Below the pieces are notes generated by a model. It did not search any database. It was not told the DNA's origin and saw nothing but the letters and a program-made list of their open reading frames with translations. A stretch of 64,000 nucleotides of DNA from a virus, in IMG/VR virus record IMGVR_UViG_3300027710_001068, positions 6,091 to 70,090 of that record; one strand, 5' to 3'. The position numbers and the translations under genes were made by a program. Numbering within the stretch: the first letter of the stretch is position 1; each line of letters opens with the position of its first letter. Of the stretch, positions 1 through 8,488 are shown one piece after another.

Positions 1-1
1 G

Positions 2-328
2 AACTGTATCAGCTACTTCGATAACTTTGATCCTGAAAAATCAACTAACCCTTTCGCATACTTTACACAGATTATCTACTTTGCTTTTCTCAGGAGAATA
101 CAAAGAGAGAAGAAGCAGTTATACATCAAGCACAAGTCTTTTGAGAACAGTATGTTGTTTGAAGGGTCTGCTGAAAACCACGAACTCGATGAGAACGACT
201 TCTCACCAAACATTGCTGTCGGTAATGACAACATGCTTGACTTTATTAAAACATTCGAAGACAATCTCGACAAGAAGAAAATTAAACGTAAACAAGGTTT
301 AGAAAAGTTTTTTGAAGAGGAACAGTAA
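2..328 (+). CDS. gp55: T4 gp55-like late-transcription sigma factor, 3' part (5' truncated)
   Basis: Frame 2 reads NCISYFDNFDPEKSTNPFAYFTQIIYFAFLRRIQREKKQ, the gp55 signature; it ends TAA directly before gp47. Not in the ORF track. Confidence 0.93.
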   Translation, partial: NCISYFDNFDPEKSTNPFAYFTQIIYFAFLRRIQREKKQLYIKHKSFENSMLFEGSAENHELDENDFSPNIAVGNDNMLDFIKTFEDNLDKKKIKRKQGLEKFFEEEQ

Positions 329-1387
329 ATGTTAGTGGCCGTACTGGGCGACACCCACTTCGGTGCTCGTAATGATAGTGTGCACTTCTCAGTATTCTTT
401 GAGAAGTTTTATAAAGAGATCTTTTTTCCATACATGGAACAACATAATATCAAACACGTCATCCAACTAGGAGATGTATTTGATAGAAGAAAGTATATTA
501 ACTTTCAGACTCTAAACCATTGTAAAGATTACTTCTTCAAGAAGCTAAACAATGAATACTCATCATGGCTGCTTGTTGGTAACCATGATGCCTACTATAA
601 GAATACCAATGATGTAAATTCTTTGGATATGCTTCTAGGTGAATATAAGAATATTAATCTAATAACCAAACCAACTGAGATTGAGTTGGATCGAACAAGT
701 GTGGTGTTGCTTCCTTGGATATGTGATGATAATATGAGCGATACGATGCAAACAGTTAACTCTACAAAAGCACAAGTTGCTTTTGGACACTTGGAGTTGA
801 CTGGTTTTGAAATGTACAAGGGACAGTTGATGGATCATGGTATGGATCCAAATCTGTTCAGCAAGTTTGACATGGTTGTCTCTGGTCACTACCACCACAA
901 GTCTCATGCTAAGAATGTTACCTACACAGGGACACCATATGAGATGACATGGTCGGACTATGGTGACTTAAAAGGGTTCCATATCTTTAATACAGAAACG
1001 AGAGAGCTTGAATTCATTAGCAATCCGTTCAAGATGTTTCATAAGTTGCATTATGATGACTTGAACCAACCTGTAGGCTACATTAATGCTTGGGATCTTA
1101 CAGAGATGGCTGGTGCTTATGTCAAAGTAATTGTAAGAAACAAGACAAACACTTTATGGTTTGATTCGTTGATTGATAGGCTGGAGAAATCTGGTGTGTC
1201 AGATGTTCAGGTTGTAGAAGATCACTTCCACTTGGATTTGGAGAGTGATGATGATATTGTTAGTCAAGCAGAGGACACTCTGACCATATTGCGTAAGTAT
1301 GTTGACCAGATTGACTCTTCAGTTAACAAACCAAGATTAGAGAACTTATTGAGAACGCTTTACAGTGAGGCTTTGAGTATAGAGTGA
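329..1387 (+). CDS. gp47: Recombination endonuclease subunit (Mre11/SbcD-like)
   Basis: Phosphoesterase motifs GDTHFG, LGDVFD, GNHD and GHYH; synteny with gp46. Confidence 0.95.
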   Translation: MLVAVLGDTHFGARNDSVHFSVFFEKFYKEIFFPYMEQHNIKHVIQLGDVFDRRKYINFQTLNHCKDYFFKKLNNEYSSWLLVGNHDAYYKNTNDVNSLDMLLGEYKNINLITKPTEIELDRTSVVLLPWICDDNMSDTMQTVNSTKAQVAFGHLELTGFEMYKGQLMDHGMDPNLFSKFDMVVSGHYHHKSHAKNVTYTGTPYEMTWSDYGDLKGFHIFNTETRELEFISNPFKMFHKLHYDDLNQPVGYINAWDLTEMAGAYVKVIVRNKTNTLWFDSLIDRLEKSGVSDVQVVEDHFHLDLESDDDIVSQAEDTLTILRKYVDQIDSSVNKPRLENLLRTLYSEALSIE

Positions 1388-3102
1388 TAGAATTCAAAAC
1401 TTTAAAATGGATGAATCTTTTAAGTACAGGAAATGCGTTTACAGAAGTTAGCTTGAACACCCACAAGTCGACTTTAATTGTAGGACAGAATGGAGCTGGT
1501 AAGAGTACTATTCTCGATGCATTGTCTTTTGTGCTTTATGGAAAGCCGTTCCGTAAAATTAATAAACCTCAATTAATCAATACAATCAATGGAAAGAATT
1601 GTGTTGTTGAAGTTGAGTTTGATGTTGGTAAGAAGAAGTACCGAGTAGTACGAGGTATCAAGCCAAACATATTTGAGATTTATCACAACGGTGAGATGAT
1701 CAACCAATCAGCTGATGTGAAGGATTATCAGGAGTTGTTGGAGAAGACAATCCTCAAACTGAACCACAAGTCTTTCAATCAGATTGTGATCCTTGGTAGT
1801 GCATCGTTTGTTCCGTTCATGCAACTACCAGCTGCTCACCGTAGAGAGATCATTGAAGATCTTTTGGACATTCAGATCTTCTCTGTGATGAATAGTTTGC
1901 TAAAAGACAAAATTGCAGCCAATAGAACAACAATCACTGATAACAAATACAAGTTGGAAATGGTTATCGACAAGATTGATATCCATAAGAAGCATTTGGA
2001 AGCGCAGAAAGTTGACAACACTCAGCTGATTGCTGATAAACAATCTAAGATTATAAAGCTAACTAATGATGTTACCATAATTAAAAAGAACGTCGAAGCT
2101 TTTAATAAAGAGATTGAAGAGCTCCGCACAAAGCTGATTAACAAAGATAAGTTGTCAGCTAAGCAATCTAAACTGCAAACATTACAGAGACAGATTGGTG
2201 AGCGTGTAAAGAAAACAACAAAAGAGATTGACTTCTTTACTGATAATGATACTTGCCCTACTTGCAATCAAGATATCAGCCAAGAATTCAAAGATAACAT
2301 GATTGGGGATAGAACGAATCAGCAAACCCAGCTTGTGGACGGTTTAAACAAGCTACAAGAGGAGCTCAGCATTGTAGTGGAGTCAATGCAGGAGTTTGCT
2401 GAGATAAACGATTCTATCGTGGAATTAAACAAGAATGTAGCGGTTAGTAACAATAACGCTAAGTTTTCAAATGAAGCAATCCAGGAATTGCAGATAGAAG
2501 TTACTGCTCTTCAAGAGAAGACAATGAACATTGAGAACAACTCAGCTGAGATCAAAACTCTTTTGGAAGACCAAAAGGCTTTAGGTTTGGCTAAGATTGA
2601 GCTTGAAGATGAGAAGAGTGTATATGACGTTGCTTCTGTTCTGTTGAAAGATAGTGGAATAAAGACTAAGATCATCAAACAGTACATTCCTGTGATCAAT
2701 AAACTGATCAACAAGTATCTGGCTTCAATGGACTTCTTTGTCAACTTTGAGCTGGATGAGAATTTTGAAGAGAAAATTAAATCGAGGTTTAGAGATGAAT
2801 TCAGTTACGCATCTTTCTCAGAAGGTGAAAAAGCAAGATTGGATCTTGCTCTTTTGTTCACTTGGAGATCAATTGCTAAGTTACGCAACAGCGCTAGTAC
2901 CAATCTTCTTATTCTCGACGAAGTATTTGATGGATCTCTAGACAATACTGGCAACGACGAATTGCTTGGTATCCTTCAAGCATTGACTCAAGGTAATAAT
3001 GTGTTTGTTATTAGTCACAAGACTGATGCATACTTGGATAAGTTTGAAAAGGTGTTGAAGTTTGAAAAGCATAAAAACTTCTCACGTATTGCGGAGGTAT
3101 AA
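1384..3102 (+). CDS. gp46: Recombination ATPase subunit (Rad50/SbcC-like)
   Basis: Walker A GQNGAGKS, CPTC zinc hook, coiled coil, FSEGE signature, LILDE Walker B. Confidence 0.96.
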   Translation: MIEFKTLKWMNLLSTGNAFTEVSLNTHKSTLIVGQNGAGKSTILDALSFVLYGKPFRKINKPQLINTINGKNCVVEVEFDVGKKKYRVVRGIKPNIFEIYHNGEMINQSADVKDYQELLEKTILKLNHKSFNQIVILGSASFVPFMQLPAAHRREIIEDLLDIQIFSVMNSLLKDKIAANRTTITDNKYKLEMVIDKIDIHKKHLEAQKVDNTQLIADKQSKIIKLTNDVTIIKKNVEAFNKEIEELRTKLINKDKLSAKQSKLQTLQRQIGERVKKTTKEIDFFTDNDTCPTCNQDISQEFKDNMIGDRTNQQTQLVDGLNKLQEELSIVVESMQEFAEINDSIVELNKNVAVSNNNAKFSNEAIQELQIEVTALQEKTMNIENNSAEIKTLLEDQKALGLAKIELEDEKSVYDVASVLLKDSGIKTKIIKQYIPVINKLINKYLASMDFFVNFELDENFEEKIKSRFRDEFSYASFSEGEKARLDLALLFTWRSIAKLRNSASTNLLILDEVFDGSLDNTGNDELLGILQALTQGNNVFVISHKTDAYLDKFEKVLKFEKHKNFSRIAEV

Positions 3103-3680
3103 TGATTTTAGAATTAGTAAGTAGTGATCATCCTTTGTTGAGAACAAAGTTAGAAAAGTGGGACTTTACCAATCCTCCTATGGATGCAAATGAGTTAGCT
3201 AATAACTTAATTGAGACCATGGTGGATAGAGAAGGACTAGGTTTGTCTGCAAATCAATGTGGACTTCCTTATAGAGTGTTTGTGATGTGGTCTAATCCAA
3301 CTAAGGTTTGTATCAATCCGAGAATTGTTAATCATATTGGGGAAACAATTCCTTTCTCAGAGGGTTGCCTATCTTATCCAAACCTCTATGTAAAGATTAA
3401 AAGACCAATGGGTGTTCGGGTTCGATACCAGACACCAGATGGCGAGACACATACAGAGGACTTCAATGGTATGACAGCTCGTGTATTCCAACACGAGCTT
3501 GATCATTTAGATGGTATTGTGTATACTTCTAGAGCAAACAAAATTCATTTAGATAGAGCCATGAGAACAAAGAAGGCTCACGACCGTATTATTAAGAACA
3601 CACCAAAACAAGTTGTACCAACAAGTATGGTTCAACGCATTATAGAAAAGGCAAATAAAGAAAATGGAAGTACAACCTAA
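3102..3680 (+). CDS. def: Peptide deformylase
   Basis: GLGLSANQ, EGCLS and QHELDH motifs. Confidence 0.95.
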   Translation: MILELVSSDHPLLRTKLEKWDFTNPPMDANELANNLIETMVDREGLGLSANQCGLPYRVFVMWSNPTKVCINPRIVNHIGETIPFSEGCLSYPNLYVKIKRPMGVRVRYQTPDGETHTEDFNGMTARVFQHELDHLDGIVYTSRANKIHLDRAMRTKKAHDRIIKNTPKQVVPTSMVQRIIEKANKENGSTT

Positions 3681-3831
3681 AGATCCAAGTAAGAATCACT
3701 TTTATGCTAGTTTGATTAAGAGTGGTTTAAGAATTGCAGCTGCATTTATGTTGATGTCCGGTGACTTTGCTTCAGCGGGAGTGATGTTTATTATTGCGGA
3801 AGCGGTTGGTATTGTAGAGGAGCTTGTATAA
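3664..3831 (+). CDS. Small membrane protein (55 aa)
   Basis: MEVQPKDPSKNHFYASLIKSGLRIAAAFML...GIVEELV; fills the gap, with a TAATG overlap into queE. Confidence 0.7.
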   Translation: MEVQPKDPSKNHFYASLIKSGLRIAAAFMLMSGDFASAGVMFIIAEAVGIVEELV

Positions 3832-4682
3832 TGGCTAAGTTAAAAGTAGCGGAGTTGTTTTATAGTATCCAAGGGGAAGGTCGTTACATGGGAGTTCCTT
3901 CTGTGTTCCTTCGCACATTTGGATGCAACTTTAAATGTGAAGGCTTTGGAATGCCCAAAGGAGAAGTGAGTGATGAACGAAATGTTATCGCGCTTAAGGT
4001 GGATGGTATCGGAAGTTACAACAGCCTTCCACTTGTTAGTACTGGCTGTGACTCTTACGCTAGTTGGGATCCTCGCTTCAAGCATCTTAGTCCTGTTCTT
4101 AGTACTGATTCGATTTCCGATACAATTATGGATATGCTTCCGCACAAGAGGTGGGAAGACGAACATCTCGTGATCACTGGTGGTGAGCCTTTACTCGGTT
4201 GGCAACGTGCTTATCCAGAGTTGTTAGAGAATCCAAACATGCAAGCACTTGCAGAGTTGACATTTGAGACAAACGGTACACAGAAACTGGATCCAGCATT
4301 CTATGAATATATGCAAATGGAATGGGTAATGGAACGTGGTTATGATGCACTGACATTCTCTGTATCACCAAAGCTATCGGTATCTGGTGAGAAGTGGGAT
4401 GAAGCAATCTGTCCTGATGTTGTAGCTGAATATAATAGTCTTGGTTACACATACTTAAAGTTTGTTGTTGCCTCACAGGATGATATCGATGAAGCTCAAC
4501 AAGCAGTAGATGAATATCGCAAAGCTGGTTTCACTGGACCTGTATATGTCATGCCTGTTGGTGGTGTAGAATCAGTTTACAATATGAACAGCCGTAACGT
4601 GGCGGAGTTTGCTATTAAGAAGGGTTGGAGATACTCTGACAGGTTGCAAGTTCCATTGTTTAAGAATGAGTGGGGAACATAA
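3831..4682 (+). CDS. queE: 7-carboxy-7-deazaguanine synthase (radical SAM)
   Basis: ELFYSIQGEG, FLRTFGCN, ITGGEP, ETNGT and SVSPKL motifs. Confidence 0.92.
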   Translation: MAKLKVAELFYSIQGEGRYMGVPSVFLRTFGCNFKCEGFGMPKGEVSDERNVIALKVDGIGSYNSLPLVSTGCDSYASWDPRFKHLSPVLSTDSISDTIMDMLPHKRWEDEHLVITGGEPLLGWQRAYPELLENPNMQALAELTFETNGTQKLDPAFYEYMQMEWVMERGYDALTFSVSPKLSVSGEKWDEAICPDVVAEYNSLGYTYLKFVVASQDDIDEAQQAVDEYRKAGFTGPVYVMPVGGVESVYNMNSRNVAEFAIKKGWRYSDRLQVPLFKNEWGT

Positions 4683-5020
4683 TGAGTGAAAGACGTAGTT
4701 TTTTAAAAGGGGCTGGTATCATTAGTGCTTTTGTTATTGGTGCTGCTTCTTATAAGCAAGTGAAAGAGATTGCTAATGAAAACAAAGACATTAGTCATCT
4801 TGCACCACCAAGTGGTGCAACCTCATTACAAATTAATGGATCGTATGGACCTCCACCCGAGCTCGAACCCAGTTACGCGCACGTTGGTATTGGATCAGGA
4901 TTCACTTTTGTTCCAATTAATACAATAACAACTCATAAGGTTGCAATGACTGTTGGTAAGGATAACAGGCTTTGGATCCAAGTAGGCGACGAGTGGCGCC
5001 GAGTAGCATTAGAAGGATAA
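4682..5020 (+). CDS. Hypothetical protein with twin-arginine (Tat)-like signal
   Basis: N-terminus MSERRSFLKGAGIISAFVIG. Confidence 0.7.
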   Translation: MSERRSFLKGAGIISAFVIGAASYKQVKEIANENKDISHLAPPSGATSLQINGSYGPPPELEPSYAHVGIGSGFTFVPINTITTHKVAMTVGKDNRLWIQVGDEWRRVALEG

Positions 5021-5021
5021 T

Positions 5022-5528
5022 ATGACACAACAACCAATTACATACAAGTATGTTTCCACAAAAGAGTACGTCGATGCCTTTCCAGTTGCATATCGTCAGT
5101 GGAAAGCAGATAGCCATTGTAACTTGATTCATGGTTACAGCTTCTCAATGAAGTTTCACTTTGGAACGAACGATCTTGATGTTCGTAACTGGGCAGCTGA
5201 CTATGGTGGTCTCAAAGAGTTGAAAGAAGTCCTACAAGATCAGTTTGATCATACATTGCTTGTTGCAGAGAATGATCCTGAGCTTGAACTATACAAAGAG
5301 ATGGAGCGTCGCAAGATTGCTAAGTTGACTATCCTTCCTAAGTTAGGTTGTGAAGGTCTTGCTGATCAATTGTACAAGTACGTTAATGCTGTTTACATTC
5401 CTGACTATTGGGGTCCATCAGAAGCTAATCGTCTATGGTGTTATCGTGTTGAGGTTCGTGAGACACAAGCCAACATGGCGTTCCGTGAAGGACATCGTGA
5501 GTGGAATGAGGATCTGTTTAATGTTTAA
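5022..5528 (+). CDS. queD: 6-carboxy-tetrahydropterin synthase
   Basis: HCNLIHGY, DYGGLK, FDHTLL and VEVRET motifs. Confidence 0.9.
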   Translation: MTQQPITYKYVSTKEYVDAFPVAYRQWKADSHCNLIHGYSFSMKFHFGTNDLDVRNWAADYGGLKELKEVLQDQFDHTLLVAENDPELELYKEMERRKIAKLTILPKLGCEGLADQLYKYVNAVYIPDYWGPSEANRLWCYRVEVRETQANMAFREGHREWNEDLFNV

Positions 5529-5730
5529 GCAGTTCAAGTGGGTACCTGATGGGACCTACGATTCAACTGAGTACCTTGTTCGATATGTGATTGTTGAAGG
5601 CAACGCTAAGACAGTCATTTCGAAAATGTGGGTTGATGAAGGTGGACATGCTACTCTTGGTAAAGAGTTGAGACAGCCTTGGGGAGCATTCCCAGACTTT
5701 CCACTAAGGCCACCAAAGAAAGTTGACTAA
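5521..5730 (+). CDS. Hypothetical protein
   Basis: ATG 5521 follows a GAGG SD; fills the gap. Confidence 0.6.
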   Translation: MFKQFKWVPDGTYDSTEYLVRYVIVEGNAKTVISKMWVDEGGHATLGKELRQPWGAFPDFPLRPPKKVD

Positions 5731-5751
5731 AGGTCTGAATTGTGTTATAAT
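5723..5751 (+). promoter_or_regulatory. Sigma70-type promoter; predicted leaderless transcript
   Basis: TTGACT-N17-TATAAT, with ATG 6 nt downstream (5758). Confidence 0.8.
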
Positions 5752-5757
5752 CTCCTT

Positions 5758-6639
5758 ATGGAAAACACAATTCAAATTCCTTCTGCAAATTCAATAGTTA
5801 AAGTTACAGTTTCTAAAAGAAACATTAATTATTATACTAGTGAATCTAAACCATTCGAAGATTATATTATCGAAGGTGTAGTAGTTAATAATCCTAAATG
5901 GGCTGATGCTAATTCGATCACAATAGAAACTGGTAATAAAGATTTTCCTGTTTCAATGATATTGATTAAGAATATCAAAAATGTTGAGATTATTAAAGGT
6001 AGCACTTCTGACTCAACGAAGTATTTTAACATTCAAGGTTCCAAAGGTAGCACTTATGTGGTATCTGTTCGTGAAAACCAATATTCCTGCACGTGTACTG
6101 GGTTCAAATACCACGGGAAATGTAAGCATGGAGAAGAGGTAATGTCCCCTAAAATCAACAAGTTACAATCGTTGACCTTTTTGGACAAAGCGGATATAAT
6201 AGACATATCAACTAAGGAAACAACCATGAAACAAACTTATTCAGTCAGCTACGATAACAACTTTCTGCAACGCAAACTTGACCACTACAATGCTTGGTTA
6301 TTGAATCCTAAGCGTAAGGTTGAGGACGGTCCTTACCAGGGCTTTCCTGAAGAAGTAGAGCGTGCAGCTAAGCTTGCTAAGGGCCGTGCTATTATGGAAG
6401 CTGAGCGTGCAGCTAAGCCTGTAAAGCCTGCTAAAGTTGTTAAGACTAAAGTAGCAGCCAAGCGTCCCCGTGCAGATGGTCCTACCAAGCAAGAACGTGC
6501 CATTGAGATCTACCGTGATTTCATGGGTCAGTCTAAAGATAATGTCGTTGCTAAGATCCGTGAGCAGTTAGATATGTCGTTGGCAGGTGCAACCACTTAT
6601 TATTATAACGCTAAGAAATTTTACAAAGGTTTACTATGA
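5758..6639 (+). CDS. SWIM zinc-finger protein read in frame into a second protein (internal start 6226)
   Basis: YSCTCTGFKYHGKCKH; no stop before the internal promoter, SD and ATG at 6226. Confidence 0.75.
   Translation: MENTIQIPSANSIVKVTVSKRNINYYTSESKPFEDYIIEGVVVNNPKWADANSITIETGNKDFPVSMILIKNIKNVEIIKGSTSDSTKYFNIQGSKGSTYVVSVRENQYSCTCTGFKYHGKCKHGEEVMSPKINKLQSLTFLDKADIIDISTKETTMKQTYSVSYDNNFLQRKLDHYNAWLLNPKRKVEDGPYQGFPEEVERAAKLAKGRAIMEAERAAKPVKPAKVVKTKVAAKRPRADGPTKQERAIEIYRDFMGQSKDNVVAKIREQLDMSLAGATTYYYNAKKFYKGLL
6172..6200 (+). promoter_or_regulatory. Sigma70-type promoter inside the SWIM ORF
   Basis: TTGACC-N17-TATAAT, followed by a TAAGGA SD and ATG 6226. Confidence 0.85.
6226..6639 (+). CDS. 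Basic putative DNA-binding protein (C-terminal HTH-like domain)
   Basis: Has its own promoter and SD; K/A/P-rich linker, then TKQERAIEIY...GATTYYYN. Confidence 0.7.
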   Translation: MKQTYSVSYDNNFLQRKLDHYNAWLLNPKRKVEDGPYQGFPEEVERAAKLAKGRAIMEAERAAKPVKPAKVVKTKVAAKRPRADGPTKQERAIEIYRDFMGQSKDNVVAKIREQLDMSLAGATTYYYNAKKFYKGLL

Positions 6640-6863
6640 GTTACAAATTGTCCGAGGTGAGTTACATTAAGGAAAATTTTGATCCAAACAACTTGGATCA
6701 TGTCAATCATTATAAGTATTTTTTAGAGCATAGTCGGTGGAGTGGCTCTTGTCCTTTTAGGGTCGAGTGGCCATTTGTCACAGTCCCCGAACTGATTAAA
6801 GATCGACTGATTAAAAAATACCTTGATAACATCATTGAACATATTGAAGCACAACATGCTTGA
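6636..6863 (+). CDS. Hypothetical protein
   Basis: ATGA overlap with the upstream gene. Confidence 0.7.
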   Translation: MSYKLSEVSYIKENFDPNNLDHVNHYKYFLEHSRWSGSCPFRVEWPFVTVPELIKDRLIKKYLDNIIEHIEAQHA

Positions 6864-6888
6864 CAAATAAGTTTTATTATTTTATAAT
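6860..6888 (+). promoter_or_regulatory. Consensus sigma70 promoter for folE
   Basis: TTGACA-N17-TATAAT. Confidence 0.88.
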
Positions 6889-6917
6889 AACCTCCACACG
6901 CGGGAGGTTTCTTTTTA
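6889..6917 (+). terminator. Intrinsic terminator overlapping the folE promoter start site
   Basis: AACCTCC-N7-GGAGGTT stem followed by TCTTTTT. Confidence 0.7.
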
Positions 6918-6929
6918 TATGGAGAATAC

Positions 6930-7634
6930 ATGAGTAAAAGTGAAAAGGGTGAGTATTTTGTTTCCAAGACAATTAGAGATCGATTGGTAAAGAATGGGGT
7001 GCGGTTCTTTGCTAACGACAACATTGCTGATTACATTGATCACGACAACAAAGAACTTGATCAGCTGGTGGATGAGCTGGCAGTTAAATTTAAAGATGTC
7101 TTATCTTCTTTAGTGATCGATGTTGAAAATGATCCTAACAGTATGGATACAGGCAGACGTCTAGCAAAGATGTATGTGCATGAATTGATGGAGGGTCGTT
7201 ACTCTAAAGAGCCTAAGGCTACATCATTCCCCAACGAAGGTCCAGAACGGTTTGAAGGAATGCTTTGCGTTCGTGCTGAGCTAACTTCCATGTGCTCACA
7301 TCACCACCAGCCTGTTCGTGGAATTGCCGTCATTGGTATCATTCCTACAGGACGTGTGATTGGTTTATCCAAGTATGTTCGTATTGCACAATGGTGTGCT
7401 CGTCGTGGACAGTTGCAAGAAGACTTAGTCAACCAGATCTCTAAAGCTATCATGCAGAATTGTGACACAGAGAATGTTGCTGTGTACATTCAAGCAACTC
7501 ATGGCTGTATGGAGAACCGTGGAGTAGAAGCACACTCCAGCTTAACACAAACATCCGTAGTACATGGATTGTTCCACAACGATTCAGTTAAAGCTGAATT
7601 CTTCAACAACGTCAAACTTCAAATGGGTTGCTAA
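6930..7634 (+). CDS. folE: GTP cyclohydrolase I
   Basis: SMCSHH, IGLSK, QLQE and HGCM..RG motifs. Confidence 0.96.
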   Translation: MSKSEKGEYFVSKTIRDRLVKNGVRFFANDNIADYIDHDNKELDQLVDELAVKFKDVLSSLVIDVENDPNSMDTGRRLAKMYVHELMEGRYSKEPKATSFPNEGPERFEGMLCVRAELTSMCSHHHQPVRGIAVIGIIPTGRVIGLSKYVRIAQWCARRGQLQEDLVNQISKAIMQNCDTENVAVYIQATHGCMENRGVEAHSSLTQTSVVHGLFHNDSVKAEFFNNVKLQMGC

Positions 7635-7635
7635 A

Positions 7636-8088
7636 ATGAGTGATCGTCTTGTAAAGCATTGGACTCCCACACTTGAAGAAGCTTTTGGTACTTCTGGCAT
7701 TAAAGGTCGTGAAGGTGAGATGTTTGTTAAAGAAGCCGTTGAGAGTTGGGGTTGGGATGTGATTGACAACGAAGCCAGTTACGAAGAACAACTTGCTGGC
7801 CAAGACTTGTGGATCAAAAAACCATCCTGGCATAACTACTACAGCATTGATGTTAAGAACAACATGAATGACTTTGGTGCATTCTATGTTGATCCAGTTG
7901 AATGGATGAAACCAGAAAAGAAGAATCATCGGTTTTGGCACGTCAATATTGAAACAGGTTGGATGGCTTGGTATGCTCGTGAAGAAATGCAAAATTATAT
8001 TATAACCAAGAACAAGACAAAAGGGTTTTGGATTGGAGTGAAAGATAGACCAGCAGTTAATATTACAAGGAGACACTATGGAAAATAA
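7636..8088 (+). CDS. Putative PD-(D/E)XK nuclease
   Basis: GREGE...GQDL...SIDVK pattern. Confidence 0.55.
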   Translation: MSDRLVKHWTPTLEEAFGTSGIKGREGEMFVKEAVESWGWDVIDNEASYEEQLAGQDLWIKKPSWHNYYSIDVKNNMNDFGAFYVDPVEWMKPEKKNHRFWHVNIETGWMAWYAREEMQNYIITKNKTKGFWIGVKDRPAVNITRRHYGK

Positions 8089-8488
8089 AAGTTTTATTTG
8101 GGTAACATTTCAAAAAGAAGGCATTCATCGCTACCCTGGTGCCGATACTGACCCAACGCTAGCAACCGAAGATTGGTTAGATGTATCATTCCTTGGTGTT
8201 CCTCATCGACACATCTTTCACTTCCGTTTAGAGATGGAAGTGTTTCACGACAACCGTGATGTTGAGTTTATTCAATTGAAACGAATCCTTGAGAACTTCT
8301 ATGCTGATGGCACATTACAAATGAACCACAAGTCCTGTGAGATGATGGCTCGTGAATTGCATGAGCGTGCTTACAATGCTTGGCCTGATCGTGATTATGT
8401 GATCGAGGTATCGGAGGATGGGGAGAATGGTTGCAGAATGTATTTTCCTTGTAAAGAAAATCTTGCAATGAAAGTGTATGCAGCATGA
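8078..8488 (+). CDS. Second QueD-like T-fold protein (candidate DpdL, CDG decarboxylase)
   Basis: EGIHRY, HRHIFHF, SCEMMA and VSEDGENG motifs; lies directly upstream of the transglycosylase. Confidence 0.7.
   Translation: MENKSFIWVTFQKEGIHRYPGADTDPTLATEDWLDVSFLGVPHRHIFHFRLEMEVFHDNRDVEFIQLKRILENFYADGTLQMNHKSCEMMARELHERAYNAWPDRDYVIEVSEDGENGCRMYFPCKENLAMKVYAA

Noticed and set aside
27-354. ORF-track calls 27..302 (+) and 76..354 (-)
   Set aside because: The real gene is the 5'-truncated gp55 in frame 2; these are shadow frames.
6889-6929. Possible preQ1 riboswitch ahead of folE
   Set aside because: The hairpin is followed by a U-tract rather than the A-rich pseudoknot tail, and lacks the preQ1-I loop consensus. 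It is better explained as a terminator.
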